Source: Bacillota bacterium (lineage in GTDB: Bacteria > Bacillota > Desulfotomaculia > Desulfotomaculales > Ammonificaceae). Taken from it: DNA of 64,000 nt. A model generated the notes under the pieces. The model did no database searches, had not been told where the DNA came from, and saw nothing but the letters and a program-made list of their open reading frames with translations. Positions 8,629-16,572 of this stretch are shown here, one piece after another. The translations under genes were made by a program, and so were the position numbers. How positions within the stretch are numbered: position 1 is the stretch's first letter; every line of letters begins with the position of its first letter. The DNA lies in contig JBFMBL010000011.1 of the NCBI GenBank assembly GCA_040755195.1, forward strand, positions 5,754 to 69,753, given 5' to 3'.

Positions 8629-10371
8629 TTGAAGCGGCTGCGGGAAGGTTACACCACCGGGATGTGCGCGGCGGCGGCGGCCAAAGCGGCGGCGCTGCTC
8701 CTTTTTCACGCGGAGGCCCCGGCAGCGGTGGTAGTGACCACGCCGCTCGGCCGGGAGCTTACGCTTCCGGTGGCCGAAGCAGAGACGGGCGAGGGCTGGG
8801 CGCGGTGCGGGGTGGTAAAGGATGCGGGCGATGACCTGGACGCGACCCACGGGCTCACGGTTTACGCCACGGTGCGCCAGGCGGTGGAAATCGTCTTGCG
8901 GGGCGGCGAAGGGGTCGGGGTGGTCACGCGGCCAGGCTTGGCGGCGCCGGTGGGGGAACCGGCGATAAACCCGGCGCCGCAGGCGGTGATTATCCGGGAA
9001 GTGGCGGCGGTGCTGCCCCCGGGACAAGGGGCGGAGATCACCATCAGCGTACCGGGCGGGGAGAAGGCGGCGGACAAGACCTTCAATCCGCGCCTGGGGA
9101 TCGTCGGGGGGATTTCGATCCTGGGAACGACAGGAATTGTAAAGCCGATGTCTGAGGAGGCTTACCGGGATTCGCTGGCCTGCGCGGTGGACGTGGCGGC
9201 GGCGGAGGGATACCTCCGGCTGGTAATGGCGCCGGGGCGCACGGGAGAAAAGCTGGCGGTTGAACGCTACGGTTTTCCGGCGGCGGCGGTGGCGCAGATA
9301 GGCAATTTTGTGGGGTTCATGCTCGAACGTACGGCGGCGGCTGGAATCAAGGAGGTTTTGCTCTGGGGGCACCACGGGAAGCTGGTGAAGGTAGCCGGCG
9401 GCATCTTCAATACCCACAGCCATGTGGCGGATGGACGGCTCGAAATCCTTGCGGCTCTGGCGGCGATGGAAGGAGCGGCGGCGGAGACGGTGGTGCAGCT
9501 GCTGGACTGCGCTACGGCCGAGGAGGCGGTGCCTGTGCTGGCGGCGGCCGGGCTTGCGCAGGTCTTCGCGGCGGCGGCGGCGCGGGCGAGCCGGCGGGCA
9601 GCGGCTTTCGTTAAAGGAAGGCTGCGGGTGGGTACGGTGCTGCTCGACCGAAGCGGCGCGGTTTTGGGTTTGGACCCGGCGGCGCGGGAGATTGCGGCGG
9701 CGCTCGGGGTAAGTCTTCCGGCGATAGAACGCGGGCTTGCGCCCGGCGTTTACGTGGTAGGGCTGGGGCCGGGAGCGCCGGAGTATATAACCCCGGCAGC
9801 ATGGCGGTTTATCCGGGGGGTAAAGGTGCTGGTCGGCGGGAAAAAGGCGCTAACCTTTGTCAATCCACCGTCGGGAACGGAAACTTATACCATCACGCGC
9901 GACTACCGTGCACTTTTGGAACTAATCGCCTCCCGAAGCCGGGAAGTGCCGGTGGCGATTTTGGTTTCAGGTGATCCAGGGTTCTACAGTTTTTTAGGTA
10001 CATTGCGGCGATATCGGCCGGATTTGCCGGTGACGGTGGTTCCGGGGATCAGCACGGCGGCAGCGGCTTTCGCTCGTTTGGGAATGGGATACGAGGATGC
10101 GGTATTTGTAAGCCTTCACGGGCGGGAAAGCGGAGCGGGAACCCTGCTCGCGGCGGTGAAAAACTCTGCCAAGGTCCTGGCTTTTACCGACCCCCGGCAC
10201 CCCCCGCAACTGGTGGGGCGTCTCCTTACAGATCAGGGAATGGGAGAGCGGAAAGTATACGTTTTCTCCAATCTTTCGCTGCCTGCAGAAAAGTTTTTTG
10301 CGGGGCGGGCGGCAGAGTTGGCGGCATTTAAGGAAGAATTTTCTAACGCGGTGGTGGTTCTGATTGATTGA
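8629..10371 (+). CDS. cbiD: Fusion of CbiD (cobalt-precorrin-5B C1-methyltransferase) and CbiE (cobalt-precorrin-7 C5-methyltransferase)
   Basis: TTG 8629 with GGGAGG 8 nt upstream. N-terminal part has LREGYTTGMCAAAAAKAA (CbiD). The C-terminal ~200 aa have VYVVGLGPGAPEYITP...SGDPGFYS (CbiE-type) in the same ORF. Confidence 0.8.
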   Translation: MKRLREGYTTGMCAAAAAKAAALLLFHAEAPAAVVVTTPLGRELTLPVAEAETGEGWARCGVVKDAGDDLDATHGLTVYATVRQAVEIVLRGGEGVGVVTRPGLAAPVGEPAINPAPQAVIIREVAAVLPPGQGAEITISVPGGEKAADKTFNPRLGIVGGISILGTTGIVKPMSEEAYRDSLACAVDVAAAEGYLRLVMAPGRTGEKLAVERYGFPAAAVAQIGNFVGFMLERTAAAGIKEVLLWGHHGKLVKVAGGIFNTHSHVADGRLEILAALAAMEGAAAETVVQLLDCATAEEAVPVLAAAGLAQVFAAAAARASRRAAAFVKGRLRVGTVLLDRSGAVLGLDPAAREIAAALGVSLPAIERGLAPGVYVVGLGPGAPEYITPAAWRFIRGVKVLVGGKKALTFVNPPSGTETYTITRDYRALLELIASRSREVPVAILVSGDPGFYSFLGTLRRYRPDLPVTVVPGISTAAAAFARLGMGYEDAVFVSLHGRESGAGTLLAAVKNSAKVLAFTDPRHPPQLVGRLLTDQGMGERKVYVFSNLSLPAEKFFAGRAAELAAFKEEFSNAVVVLID

Positions 10372-10957
10372 TTTCCCGTTCGTTACGCCCGGTATCCCGG
10401 ACGAGTTTTTTCTCCGGAACGGCACACCACTTACCAGGGAGGAAGTTCGGGCGGTGGCGCTGGCCAAGCTGAGACTTTCACGGCAAGGCGTTTTTTGGGA
10501 TGTAGGCGCGGGTACGGGGTCGGTGGCGGTGGAGGCGGCGCGGCTTATGCCGGAGGGAAAGGTTTTCGCGGTCGAGGCGCGACCGGAGCGGATGGAACTG
10601 ATTGCAGCCAACCGGGAGCGTTTCGGGGTGGAAAACCTGACGGTGGTACCGGGGGAGGCGCCGGCGGCGCTGGCGGGTTTGCCGCGGCCGGACCGGGTGT
10701 TCATCGGGGGAAGCGGCAGCCGGCTCCCGGAGATCCTTGCGTTTTTACGCGCGGTGCTTCCGGTGGGCGGACGGCTGGCGCTAAGCGCGGTGACGCTGGA
10801 AACGCTGCAGGAAGGGTTGGTGGCGCTTCAGTGGCCGGAGTGGCGCGGGGAGGTCGTTTCTTTAACGCTGGCGCGGGGAGAGAATCTTGGCCGACGAAGG
10901 CTGCTGCGGGGTGAGAACCCGGTTTTTTTGGTGACAGCGGAGAGAGAGGAGGACTAA
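10364..10957 (+). CDS. cbiT: Cobalt-precorrin-6B C15-methyltransferase (decarboxylating) CbiT
   Basis: GTPLTREEVRAVALAKLRL and WDVGAGTGSVAVEAA. The ATG overlaps the previous stop. Confidence 0.85.
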   Translation: MIDFPFVTPGIPDEFFLRNGTPLTREEVRAVALAKLRLSRQGVFWDVGAGTGSVAVEAARLMPEGKVFAVEARPERMELIAANRERFGVENLTVVPGEAPAALAGLPRPDRVFIGGSGSRLPEILAFLRAVLPVGGRLALSAVTLETLQEGLVALQWPEWRGEVVSLTLARGENLGRRRLLRGENPVFLVTAEREED

Positions 10958-10958
10958 G

Positions 10959-11654
10959 GTGGCGGTTCTTTACGGGGTGGGGATAGGCCCGGGCGATCCG
11001 GAATTGTTAACTTTAAAGGCTTTAAGGGTGCTCCAGCAGGTACCGGTGATCTGCGCGCCTCATACCCGGCAGGAAGGGGAGAGCATCGCCGGGGAGATTG
11101 TGGCGGCGGTTTTAGGCCCGGAGGCGATGCAGGCCAAGGAGTTCCTCACGCTTCACTTCCCGATGACCCGGTTGAAGGCAGTCCTGGAAAAGGCCTGGGA
11201 AGAAGCGGCGCGGCAGGTGGCAAGCCGCCTCCGGGAAGGGGCCGACGTCGCCTTTGTAACCCTCGGCGACCCCTCTTTTTACAGCACCTATCCTTACCTT
11301 GAGCGGGCGGTGAAGGTGCTTTATCCAGGAGCACGTACCGCGGTTATCCCTGGAGTCACTGCTCTTGCTGCTTGTATGGCAGCCGGGGGGCGGTCCGTGC
11401 AGGGAAACGAGCGCCTGGCGGTGGTGCCGGTGACGGGAACGGAGGACCTGGAAAGGGTGGTTGAGGATTTCGACTGCACCGTGCTTTTAAAGGTGGGCAG
11501 GCATCTGGATAGGGTACGGGAGATGCTGGGGAGGATGGGTTTGAAAGAAAGCGCCCGGCTTTACGAGCGGTGCGGTTTGGAAGGGGCGCGGCAGGGACCC
11601 CTGGAAGAGTTTCAAGGGGCCGATTACCTTTCCCTGGTGGTGGTAAAAAAGTGA
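10959..11654 (+). CDS. cbiL: Cobalt-factor II C20-methyltransferase CbiL
   Basis: GTG start. LYGVGIGPGDPELLTLKA tetrapyrrole methylase signature. Confidence 0.85.
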   Translation: MAVLYGVGIGPGDPELLTLKALRVLQQVPVICAPHTRQEGESIAGEIVAAVLGPEAMQAKEFLTLHFPMTRLKAVLEKAWEEAARQVASRLREGADVAFVTLGDPSFYSTYPYLERAVKVLYPGARTAVIPGVTALAACMAAGGRSVQGNERLAVVPVTGTEDLERVVEDFDCTVLLKVGRHLDRVREMLGRMGLKESARLYERCGLEGARQGPLEEFQGADYLSLVVVKK

Positions 11655-12412
11655 ATCCGGTTTACTTTGTGGGAGCGGGACCTGGTGACCCGGAACTCAT
11701 TACGGTGAAGGGGACGCGGCTGCTAAAGGAAGCGGACGTGGTTGTTTATGCCGGCTCGCTCATTCCTCACGCGGTTTTGCGCTATATCCGCCCCGAGGCG
11801 ACGGTTTACAACAGCGCCGGGCTTGACCGGGAGGAAATTGCCCGGATCCTGATAGAGGCGGCGCGGGCAGGGAAAAAGGTGGTGCGGCTTAGCTCCGGCG
11901 ACCCCAGCCTTTACGGAGCCATTACCGAACTGATGGTGCCGCTCAATGAGGCTGGTGTTCCTTTCGAGGTTGTGCCGGGGGTGAGTTCTTTTCTGGCTGC
12001 GGCCGCCCGGCTTAAAAAAGAGTACACATTGCCCGGCGTGAGTCAGACCTTGATTCTGACCCGCCTTGCCGGCCGGACGCCGGTGCCGGAGACCGAGGGG
12101 CTTGCGGCGCTTGCCCGGCACCGGGCGAGCCTCTGCCTCTTTTTGAGCGTTCAGCAGGTGGAAGAGGTGGCGGCGGCTCTTGCCGCGGGTTACCCGCCGG
12201 ACACCCCGGTGGCGGTGGTGCAGAAGGTTACCTGGCCGGAAGAGAGGGTTATCCGCTGCCTCCTCCGGGATCTGGTGACGGAGGTAAAGAGAACCGGGAT
12301 AGAGAAGACCGCGCTTATCCTGGTAGGAGAGTTTTTAACGGGGCAGGGTGAGCCCTCACGCCTTTATGATCCGGAGTTCAGTCACGGGCACAGGCCGAAG
12401 GATGAAGGATGA
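11651..12412 (+). CDS. cbiF: Cobalt-precorrin-4 C11-methyltransferase CbiF
   Basis: GTG 11651 overlaps the cbiL stop (GTGA). VYFVGAGPGDPELITVKG and SGDPSLYGA. Confidence 0.85.
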   Translation: MNPVYFVGAGPGDPELITVKGTRLLKEADVVVYAGSLIPHAVLRYIRPEATVYNSAGLDREEIARILIEAARAGKKVVRLSSGDPSLYGAITELMVPLNEAGVPFEVVPGVSSFLAAAARLKKEYTLPGVSQTLILTRLAGRTPVPETEGLAALARHRASLCLFLSVQQVEEVAAALAAGYPPDTPVAVVQKVTWPEERVIRCLLRDLVTEVKRTGIEKTALILVGEFLTGQGEPSRLYDPEFSHGHRPKDEG

Positions 12413-12485
12413 AGGGTGAGGGATGAAAGGTTAAAGGAAGATATAGCTTTAGCCTTGGACTTTGAACGTTTTCCAGGAGGAGGAA

Positions 12486-13550
12486 ATGGAACGGGAAGGG
12501 CTGGCGGTGGTAGTTTTAAGCGCCAGGGGGTTTTCCCTGGGGGAACGGCTCGGTGGCTTCTTAGGGGACTGGAAGGTGGAGGTTTTTGCGCCGGCCAGGC
12601 TCGGTAGCGGCCGGCCTTATCAGTCGCTCAGGGCCTTGGTGTCAATGCTTTTCCCGCGCGTGGAGGGGATTGTTTTCATTGCCGCGGTCGGGGTTGCGGT
12701 ACGGCTCATCGCGCCACACTTGAAGGATAAGTTTCGCGACCCGCCGGTGGTGGTGTTGGACGAGGCAGGGCGCTTTGCGGTGAGCCTTCTCGGGGGGCAC
12801 CACGGCGGGAACGCGCTTGCTGAAAAGGTGGCGGCGGCAGTCGGCGCCCGCCCGGTGGTGACTACGGCCAGCGACGTTTTGGGCCGTCCGGCGATCGATG
12901 TTTTTGCGGCGCGGTTCAACCTGGGCCTCGAACCGCGCAGTCACCTGTCCTCGGTGGCGCGGGCGCTGACCGAAGGAGAGCGGGTGGCGATCCTTTGGGA
13001 TGAGGAGTTCCCGCTGATTGATTACCGCTGGCCGCCCGAGGTAGCGGTTTTTCCCTGGCAGCCGGGAACCGACTTCCCCGGGGGATTTGCCGCCTGGATA
13101 GTGGTTACCGACAGGGTTGTAGCTCCTCCGGCAGAACCTTTTCTCTTTCTACGGCCCCGGCGGTATGTGGTGGGAATAGGATGCCGGCGCAACACCCCGG
13201 TGGTTAAAATCCTGTACGCACTTGAGCAGGTGGCGGCAGCGGAAGGCTTTTCCCTGCAAGGCATCCGGGAACTTGCTACCATAGACCTCAAAAGAGATGA
13301 AAAAGGGTTGCTGGCGGCGGCAGAAGAATTGGGGTTACCGGTCCGTTTTCTGGATGTGGGGGCGCTGAAAGTGATAAAGACGAGGCTCGATCCTGGGATG
13401 ATTCAAGAGAGTGCCTTTGTAAAAGAGAAAGTCGGGGTGGAAAATGTATGCGAACTGGCGGCCTTAGCGGCGGGGGGAGAAAGACTTGTGGCGCCGAAGA
13501 CCGTTTTCCCCGGAATCACGGTGGCGGTGGCGGCGGCTCCCTGGCCGTAG
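12486..13550 (+). CDS. cbiG: Cobalt-precorrin-5A hydrolase CbiG
   Basis: ATG 12486 follows AGGAGGAGGAA. CbiG-like sequence (VGIGCRRNTP) and operon position. Confidence 0.8.
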   Translation: MEREGLAVVVLSARGFSLGERLGGFLGDWKVEVFAPARLGSGRPYQSLRALVSMLFPRVEGIVFIAAVGVAVRLIAPHLKDKFRDPPVVVLDEAGRFAVSLLGGHHGGNALAEKVAAAVGARPVVTTASDVLGRPAIDVFAARFNLGLEPRSHLSSVARALTEGERVAILWDEEFPLIDYRWPPEVAVFPWQPGTDFPGGFAAWIVVTDRVVAPPAEPFLFLRPRRYVVGIGCRRNTPVVKILYALEQVAAAEGFSLQGIRELATIDLKRDEKGLLAAAEELGLPVRFLDVGALKVIKTRLDPGMIQESAFVKEKVGVENVCELAALAAGGERLVAPKTVFPGITVAVAAAPWP

Positions 13551-14257
13551 TGGGGATCGGGCCCGGCAGAACAGCGGAAATGACGCCGCGTGCCGTAGAG
13601 GCGCTAAAAGAGGCCGAAGTCGTGGTGGGATACCGTACTTACCTTGAGCTGATAGACCAAATCCTTACCGGGAAAGAGATCATTGAAAGCGGGATGCGGG
13701 AGGAGGTGGCGCGGGCGCGGGAAGCGGTAGCGCGCGCCGTGGCGGGAGCGCGAGTGGTGGTTGTTTCGAGCGGGGACCCCGGGGTTTACGGAATGGCCGC
13801 GCCGGTTCTGGAAGCCGCCGAGACGGCCGGGGTGGCGGTGACGGTTGTGCCGGGGGTGACGGCGGCAACGGCGGCGGCGGCGCTTTTAGGGGCGCCGCTC
13901 GGGCACGACTTCGCCGTGATTAGCTTGAGCGATCTTTTGACTCCCTGGTCAGTTATTGAAAAACGGCTGCGGGCGGCGGTAGACGCCGACTTTGTCCTGG
14001 TTCTTTACAACCCGGCAAGTTCCCGGCGGCAGGAAAAATGGCGCCAGGCCCTGGCCGTTATCCGGGAGGGACGCCCGCCGGAAACGCCGGCAGGAGTAGT
14101 CTGGGACGCCGGCCGGGAGGGCGAGCGGAAAGTCGTCTGCGATCTCGCTACAATAGCGGATTTCCCGGTGGATATGCGGGCCACGGTGATCGTGGGCAAT
14201 TCCCAAACTTACGTGGCCAACGGCGTGATGATAACACCCCGGGGGTATAAGTGGTGA
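13550..14257 (+). CDS. cbiH: Cobalt-factor III / precorrin-3B C17-methyltransferase CbiH
   Basis: VVGIGPGRTAEMTPRAVEAL, VVGYRTY, SSGDPGVYGM. Start is uncertain (GTG 13550, CTG 13541 or ATG 13448). Confidence 0.8.
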   Translation: MGIGPGRTAEMTPRAVEALKEAEVVVGYRTYLELIDQILTGKEIIESGMREEVARAREAVARAVAGARVVVVSSGDPGVYGMAAPVLEAAETAGVAVTVVPGVTAATAAAALLGAPLGHDFAVISLSDLLTPWSVIEKRLRAAVDADFVLVLYNPASSRRQEKWRQALAVIREGRPPETPAGVVWDAGREGERKVVCDLATIADFPVDMRATVIVGNSQTYVANGVMITPRGYKW

Positions 14258-14521
14258 GTAACTATTCAGGTGTTTCGTCGTCGGGCGCGGCGATAGGCAA
14301 CGCATTGCTGCGTCAGCCCGCACGGAGCCGAATCCTCACCCAGCACTCAGTTACGCCTTGTAAGATACTACTTCTGAGGAAACGCATATTTGTCCGCCCC
14401 GCGAAACTACGCCTTCATAGCAATCTGAGTGCTGGGCTCCGGTTCGTCTCCGCGGTCTTCCTTGCACTGCATCACTTCTCGCCGCGTTCCGTCAGCGAAA
14501 TGCTGACGGCTGAATAGGTAC
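14258..14521 (-). mobile_element. Family A miniature inverted-repeat element, copy 1 (carries a nested family C hairpin)
   Basis: Terminal inverted repeats GTAACTATTCAG (14258-14269) and CTGAATAGGTAC (14510-14521). Perfect 8-bp direct repeats AGTGGTGA at 14250-14257 and 14522-14529. Confidence 0.8.
14339..14436. repeat. Family C hairpin module (98 bp) nested in family A copy 1
   Basis: Arms CCCAGCACTCAG and CTGAGTGCTGGG. It occupies exactly the position of the apical CGTAC...GTACG hairpin seen in the other family A copies. Confidence 0.7.
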
Positions 14522-14522
14522 A

Positions 14523-15356
14523 GTGGTGATTCTTCTTCTGGGAGGCACTACGGAAGGGAGAGAAGCGGCGCGCGCGCTTGCTTCCCGCGGCTGGCCGGTG
14601 GTGGTAAGCGTGGCTACGCCCTACGGGGCGGAACTGGCGCGCTGCGGGTTCGACGGGGAAGTGCTGGTCGGACGGCGGGATAGCTCTGGTTTTGCCGCGC
14701 TCATCGGGGAGCGCGGGGTCGAGGTCGTGGTTGACGCCACCCATCCCTTCGCCGTTGAGGCCCGGCGGAATGCCCGGCGGGCGGCGGTACAGTGCCAGGT
14801 GCCGTACTTGCGCTTCACCCGTCCGCCGGAGCCCTTACCGGCGCACCCGCTCATCCGGCTGGCGCCGGATTTTGCTGCTGCGGCACGCCTGGCGGCGGCG
14901 CACGGGCCGGTTATCTTTTTAACCACGGGGAGCAAGACCCTTCCCTTTTTTCTCCCGGCGGCGCGGGCAGCCGGCCGCCGTGTGGTGGCGCGGGTGTTGC
15001 CGGAGCCGGAAGTGATTGCCGCGTGCCGGGAGCAGGGTCTTCTGCCGCGCGATATCGTGGCGCTTCAGGGGCCGGTCACCGAAGAACTCAACCGGGCGCT
15101 TTTCCGGGCATACGGCGCGACCGTGGTGGTCACTAAGGAAAGCGGCGGTTCCGGGGGACAGGCGGCGAAAATCAAAGCCGCGCTTGACTTGGGCATTCCA
15201 TTGGTGGTGGTGCGGCGGCCGCCGGAGGAACCGGGGAGTTTTTATGAGGCAGCAGAGCTTATAAAAAGAGTGGATAAGTTGATTGGAGGGGAAGGATTTG
15301 GAGGGAATAGTGGTCCTCGGCCACGGCAGCCGGGCGGCGGTGGACGAAGCGAATAG
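14523..15356 (+). CDS. cbiJ: Cobalt-precorrin-6A reductase CbiJ
   Basis: GTG 14523 (MVILLLGGTTEGREAA). CobK/CbiJ family. The 3' end overlaps cbiX by about 60-74 nt. Confidence 0.8.
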   Translation: MVILLLGGTTEGREAARALASRGWPVVVSVATPYGAELARCGFDGEVLVGRRDSSGFAALIGERGVEVVVDATHPFAVEARRNARRAAVQCQVPYLRFTRPPEPLPAHPLIRLAPDFAAAARLAAAHGPVIFLTTGSKTLPFFLPAARAAGRRVVARVLPEPEVIAACREQGLLPRDIVALQGPVTEELNRALFRAYGATVVVTKESGGSGGQAAKIKAALDLGIPLVVVRRPPEEPGSFYEAAELIKRVDKLIGGEGFGGNSGPRPRQPGGGGRSE

Positions 15357-15687
15357 TTTTCTGGAATTGGTGGCGGGGGAAATCAAAAAGGTATTCGGCG
15401 CCGCCCGGGTGGAGCCGGCCTGGATGAATCCAAAGTCCCAGCGGCAAAATCTTTCCCAGGCGGTAGCCAAACTGGTAGCTGAAGGAGTAAAGAGGGTTGT
15501 CGTGGCGCCGGTCTTCCTGACGGACGGGCTGCACATTCGGAAGGACATTCCGGAAGACATGGCGGCGCTCAAGGAGCAGTACCCGGAGGTGGAGTTCCGG
15601 CTTGCCCGGCACCTCGGCTTTGACTCCCGGGTGGTGGCGATTTTAGCGGAGCGGATCGGGGAGGTGCGTGATGGAGTTTCTTGCTGA
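15283..15687 (+). CDS. cbiX: Small sirohydrochlorin cobaltochelatase CbiX(S)
   Basis: IVVLGHGSR and VVVAPVFLTDGLH. Start is ATG 15283 or TTG 15298. Confidence 0.75.
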   Translation: MEGKDLEGIVVLGHGSRAAVDEANSFLELVAGEIKKVFGAARVEPAWMNPKSQRQNLSQAVAKLVAEGVKRVVVAPVFLTDGLHIRKDIPEDMAALKEQYPEVEFRLARHLGFDSRVVAILAERIGEVRDGVSC

Positions 15688-16303
15688 CCCGCAAGCCATT
15701 GAAGCCCGGAGCATGGCGGCTATCGAGGAACTCCTCCGGCCCTGGAAATCTTCTTTTACCCCGGAGGAGTTTCTGGCGGCGCAAAGGGTGGTGCACACCA
15801 CCGGTGACGTGACGTGCATACAGGATTTGGTCTTCCGGCACGCTCCTCTCGATGCCGGAATCAATGCCTTACGCCGGGGGGTAACGGTTATTTGCGACGT
15901 GAAAATGGTCGCCGCCGGGATCCGCGCCCGGCTGCCGGAAGGGATCGCAGTACGGGTGGCGGTTGAGGAGCCGGGCGTAGCCGAGGATGCTGCCCGGCAA
16001 AAGGTCACGCGGGCGCTGGCGGGTATGCGGCGGCTGAGGGAAGCGCTGCCGGGAAGCATTGTGGCGGTGGGTAACGCCCCAACGGCCCTTTTCGGGGTGC
16101 TGGAACTTTGCGCGGCGGGGGTGCGTCCGGCGCTGGTCATCGGTACGCCCGTGGGTTTCGTCGGCGCGGTCGAGGCCAAGGAGGCGCTGCTCGCCGCCGA
16201 TTTGCCGGCGGTGGTTCTCCGGGGTACTCGGGGCGGCAGCGCCGTTGCCGCGGCGGTGGTGAACGTACTGGCTGTTCTGGCACGGCGGAAGAACCTTTCT
16301 TAA
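15668..16303 (+). CDS. cbiC: Cobalt-precorrin-8 methylmutase CbiC
   Basis: CobH/CbiC family sequence with the VVHTTGD motif. Confidence 0.85.
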   Translation: MMEFLADPQAIEARSMAAIEELLRPWKSSFTPEEFLAAQRVVHTTGDVTCIQDLVFRHAPLDAGINALRRGVTVICDVKMVAAGIRARLPEGIAVRVAVEEPGVAEDAARQKVTRALAGMRRLREALPGSIVAVGNAPTALFGVLELCAAGVRPALVIGTPVGFVGAVEAKEALLAADLPAVVLRGTRGGSAVAAAVVNVLAVLARRKNLS

Positions 16304-16338
16304 GCGACATCATAACGATTAATCGCCGCCACCGGGAA

Positions 16339-16549
16339 TGAAAACATGGACCCTTAAGCTGGTGACTTAGAAGCACTAACGTGACAAAGGCGGAACGCGG
16401 CGAGAAGTGATGCAGTGCAAGGAAGACCGGTAGAGACGAGCCGGAGCGTACATAAGAGGTACGTGAGGACCCGGCTTTGCCGGGCTGACGCAGCAATGCG
16501 TTACTTCTCGCCGCGCCCACCGAAAGAAGCAGCATCTTCCGAGGGAGGG
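16339..16549 (+). repeat. Family A structured repeat, cob-type copy 2
   Basis: Core CGGAACGCGGCGAGAAGT...ACTTCTCGCCGCGCCC (16391-16518). Its flanks are shared with the copy at 19874-20088. It ends in GAGGGAGGG. Confidence 0.7.
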
Positions 16550-16572
16550 CGGGGATTCTGGCGCGGGCGCTA

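Noticed and set aside
14251-14517. 88-aa ORF (and 16137..16535 on the minus strand) lying within repeat elements
   Set aside because: They are composed entirely of family A/C repeat sequence and have no ribosome-binding site. Reading frames are not conserved between the repeat copies.
15283-15356. The 60-74-nt cbiJ/cbiX overlap considered as evidence for a frameshift or fusion
   Set aside because: Both ORFs have plausible independent ends. The tail of CbiJ is just the alternative frame of cbiX. There is no positive evidence of an error, so I only note it.
16339-16549. Family A copies upstream of cobQ and cobT considered as cobalamin riboswitches
   Set aside because: I can see no B12 box and no conserved GGGAA/GGTGAAA/GCCACTG-type elements. 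The same core also occurs upstream of cimA, inside the ilvE leader, and in antisense orientation between cbiH and cbiJ. Three copies carry terminal inverted repeats, two of them with perfect target duplications.
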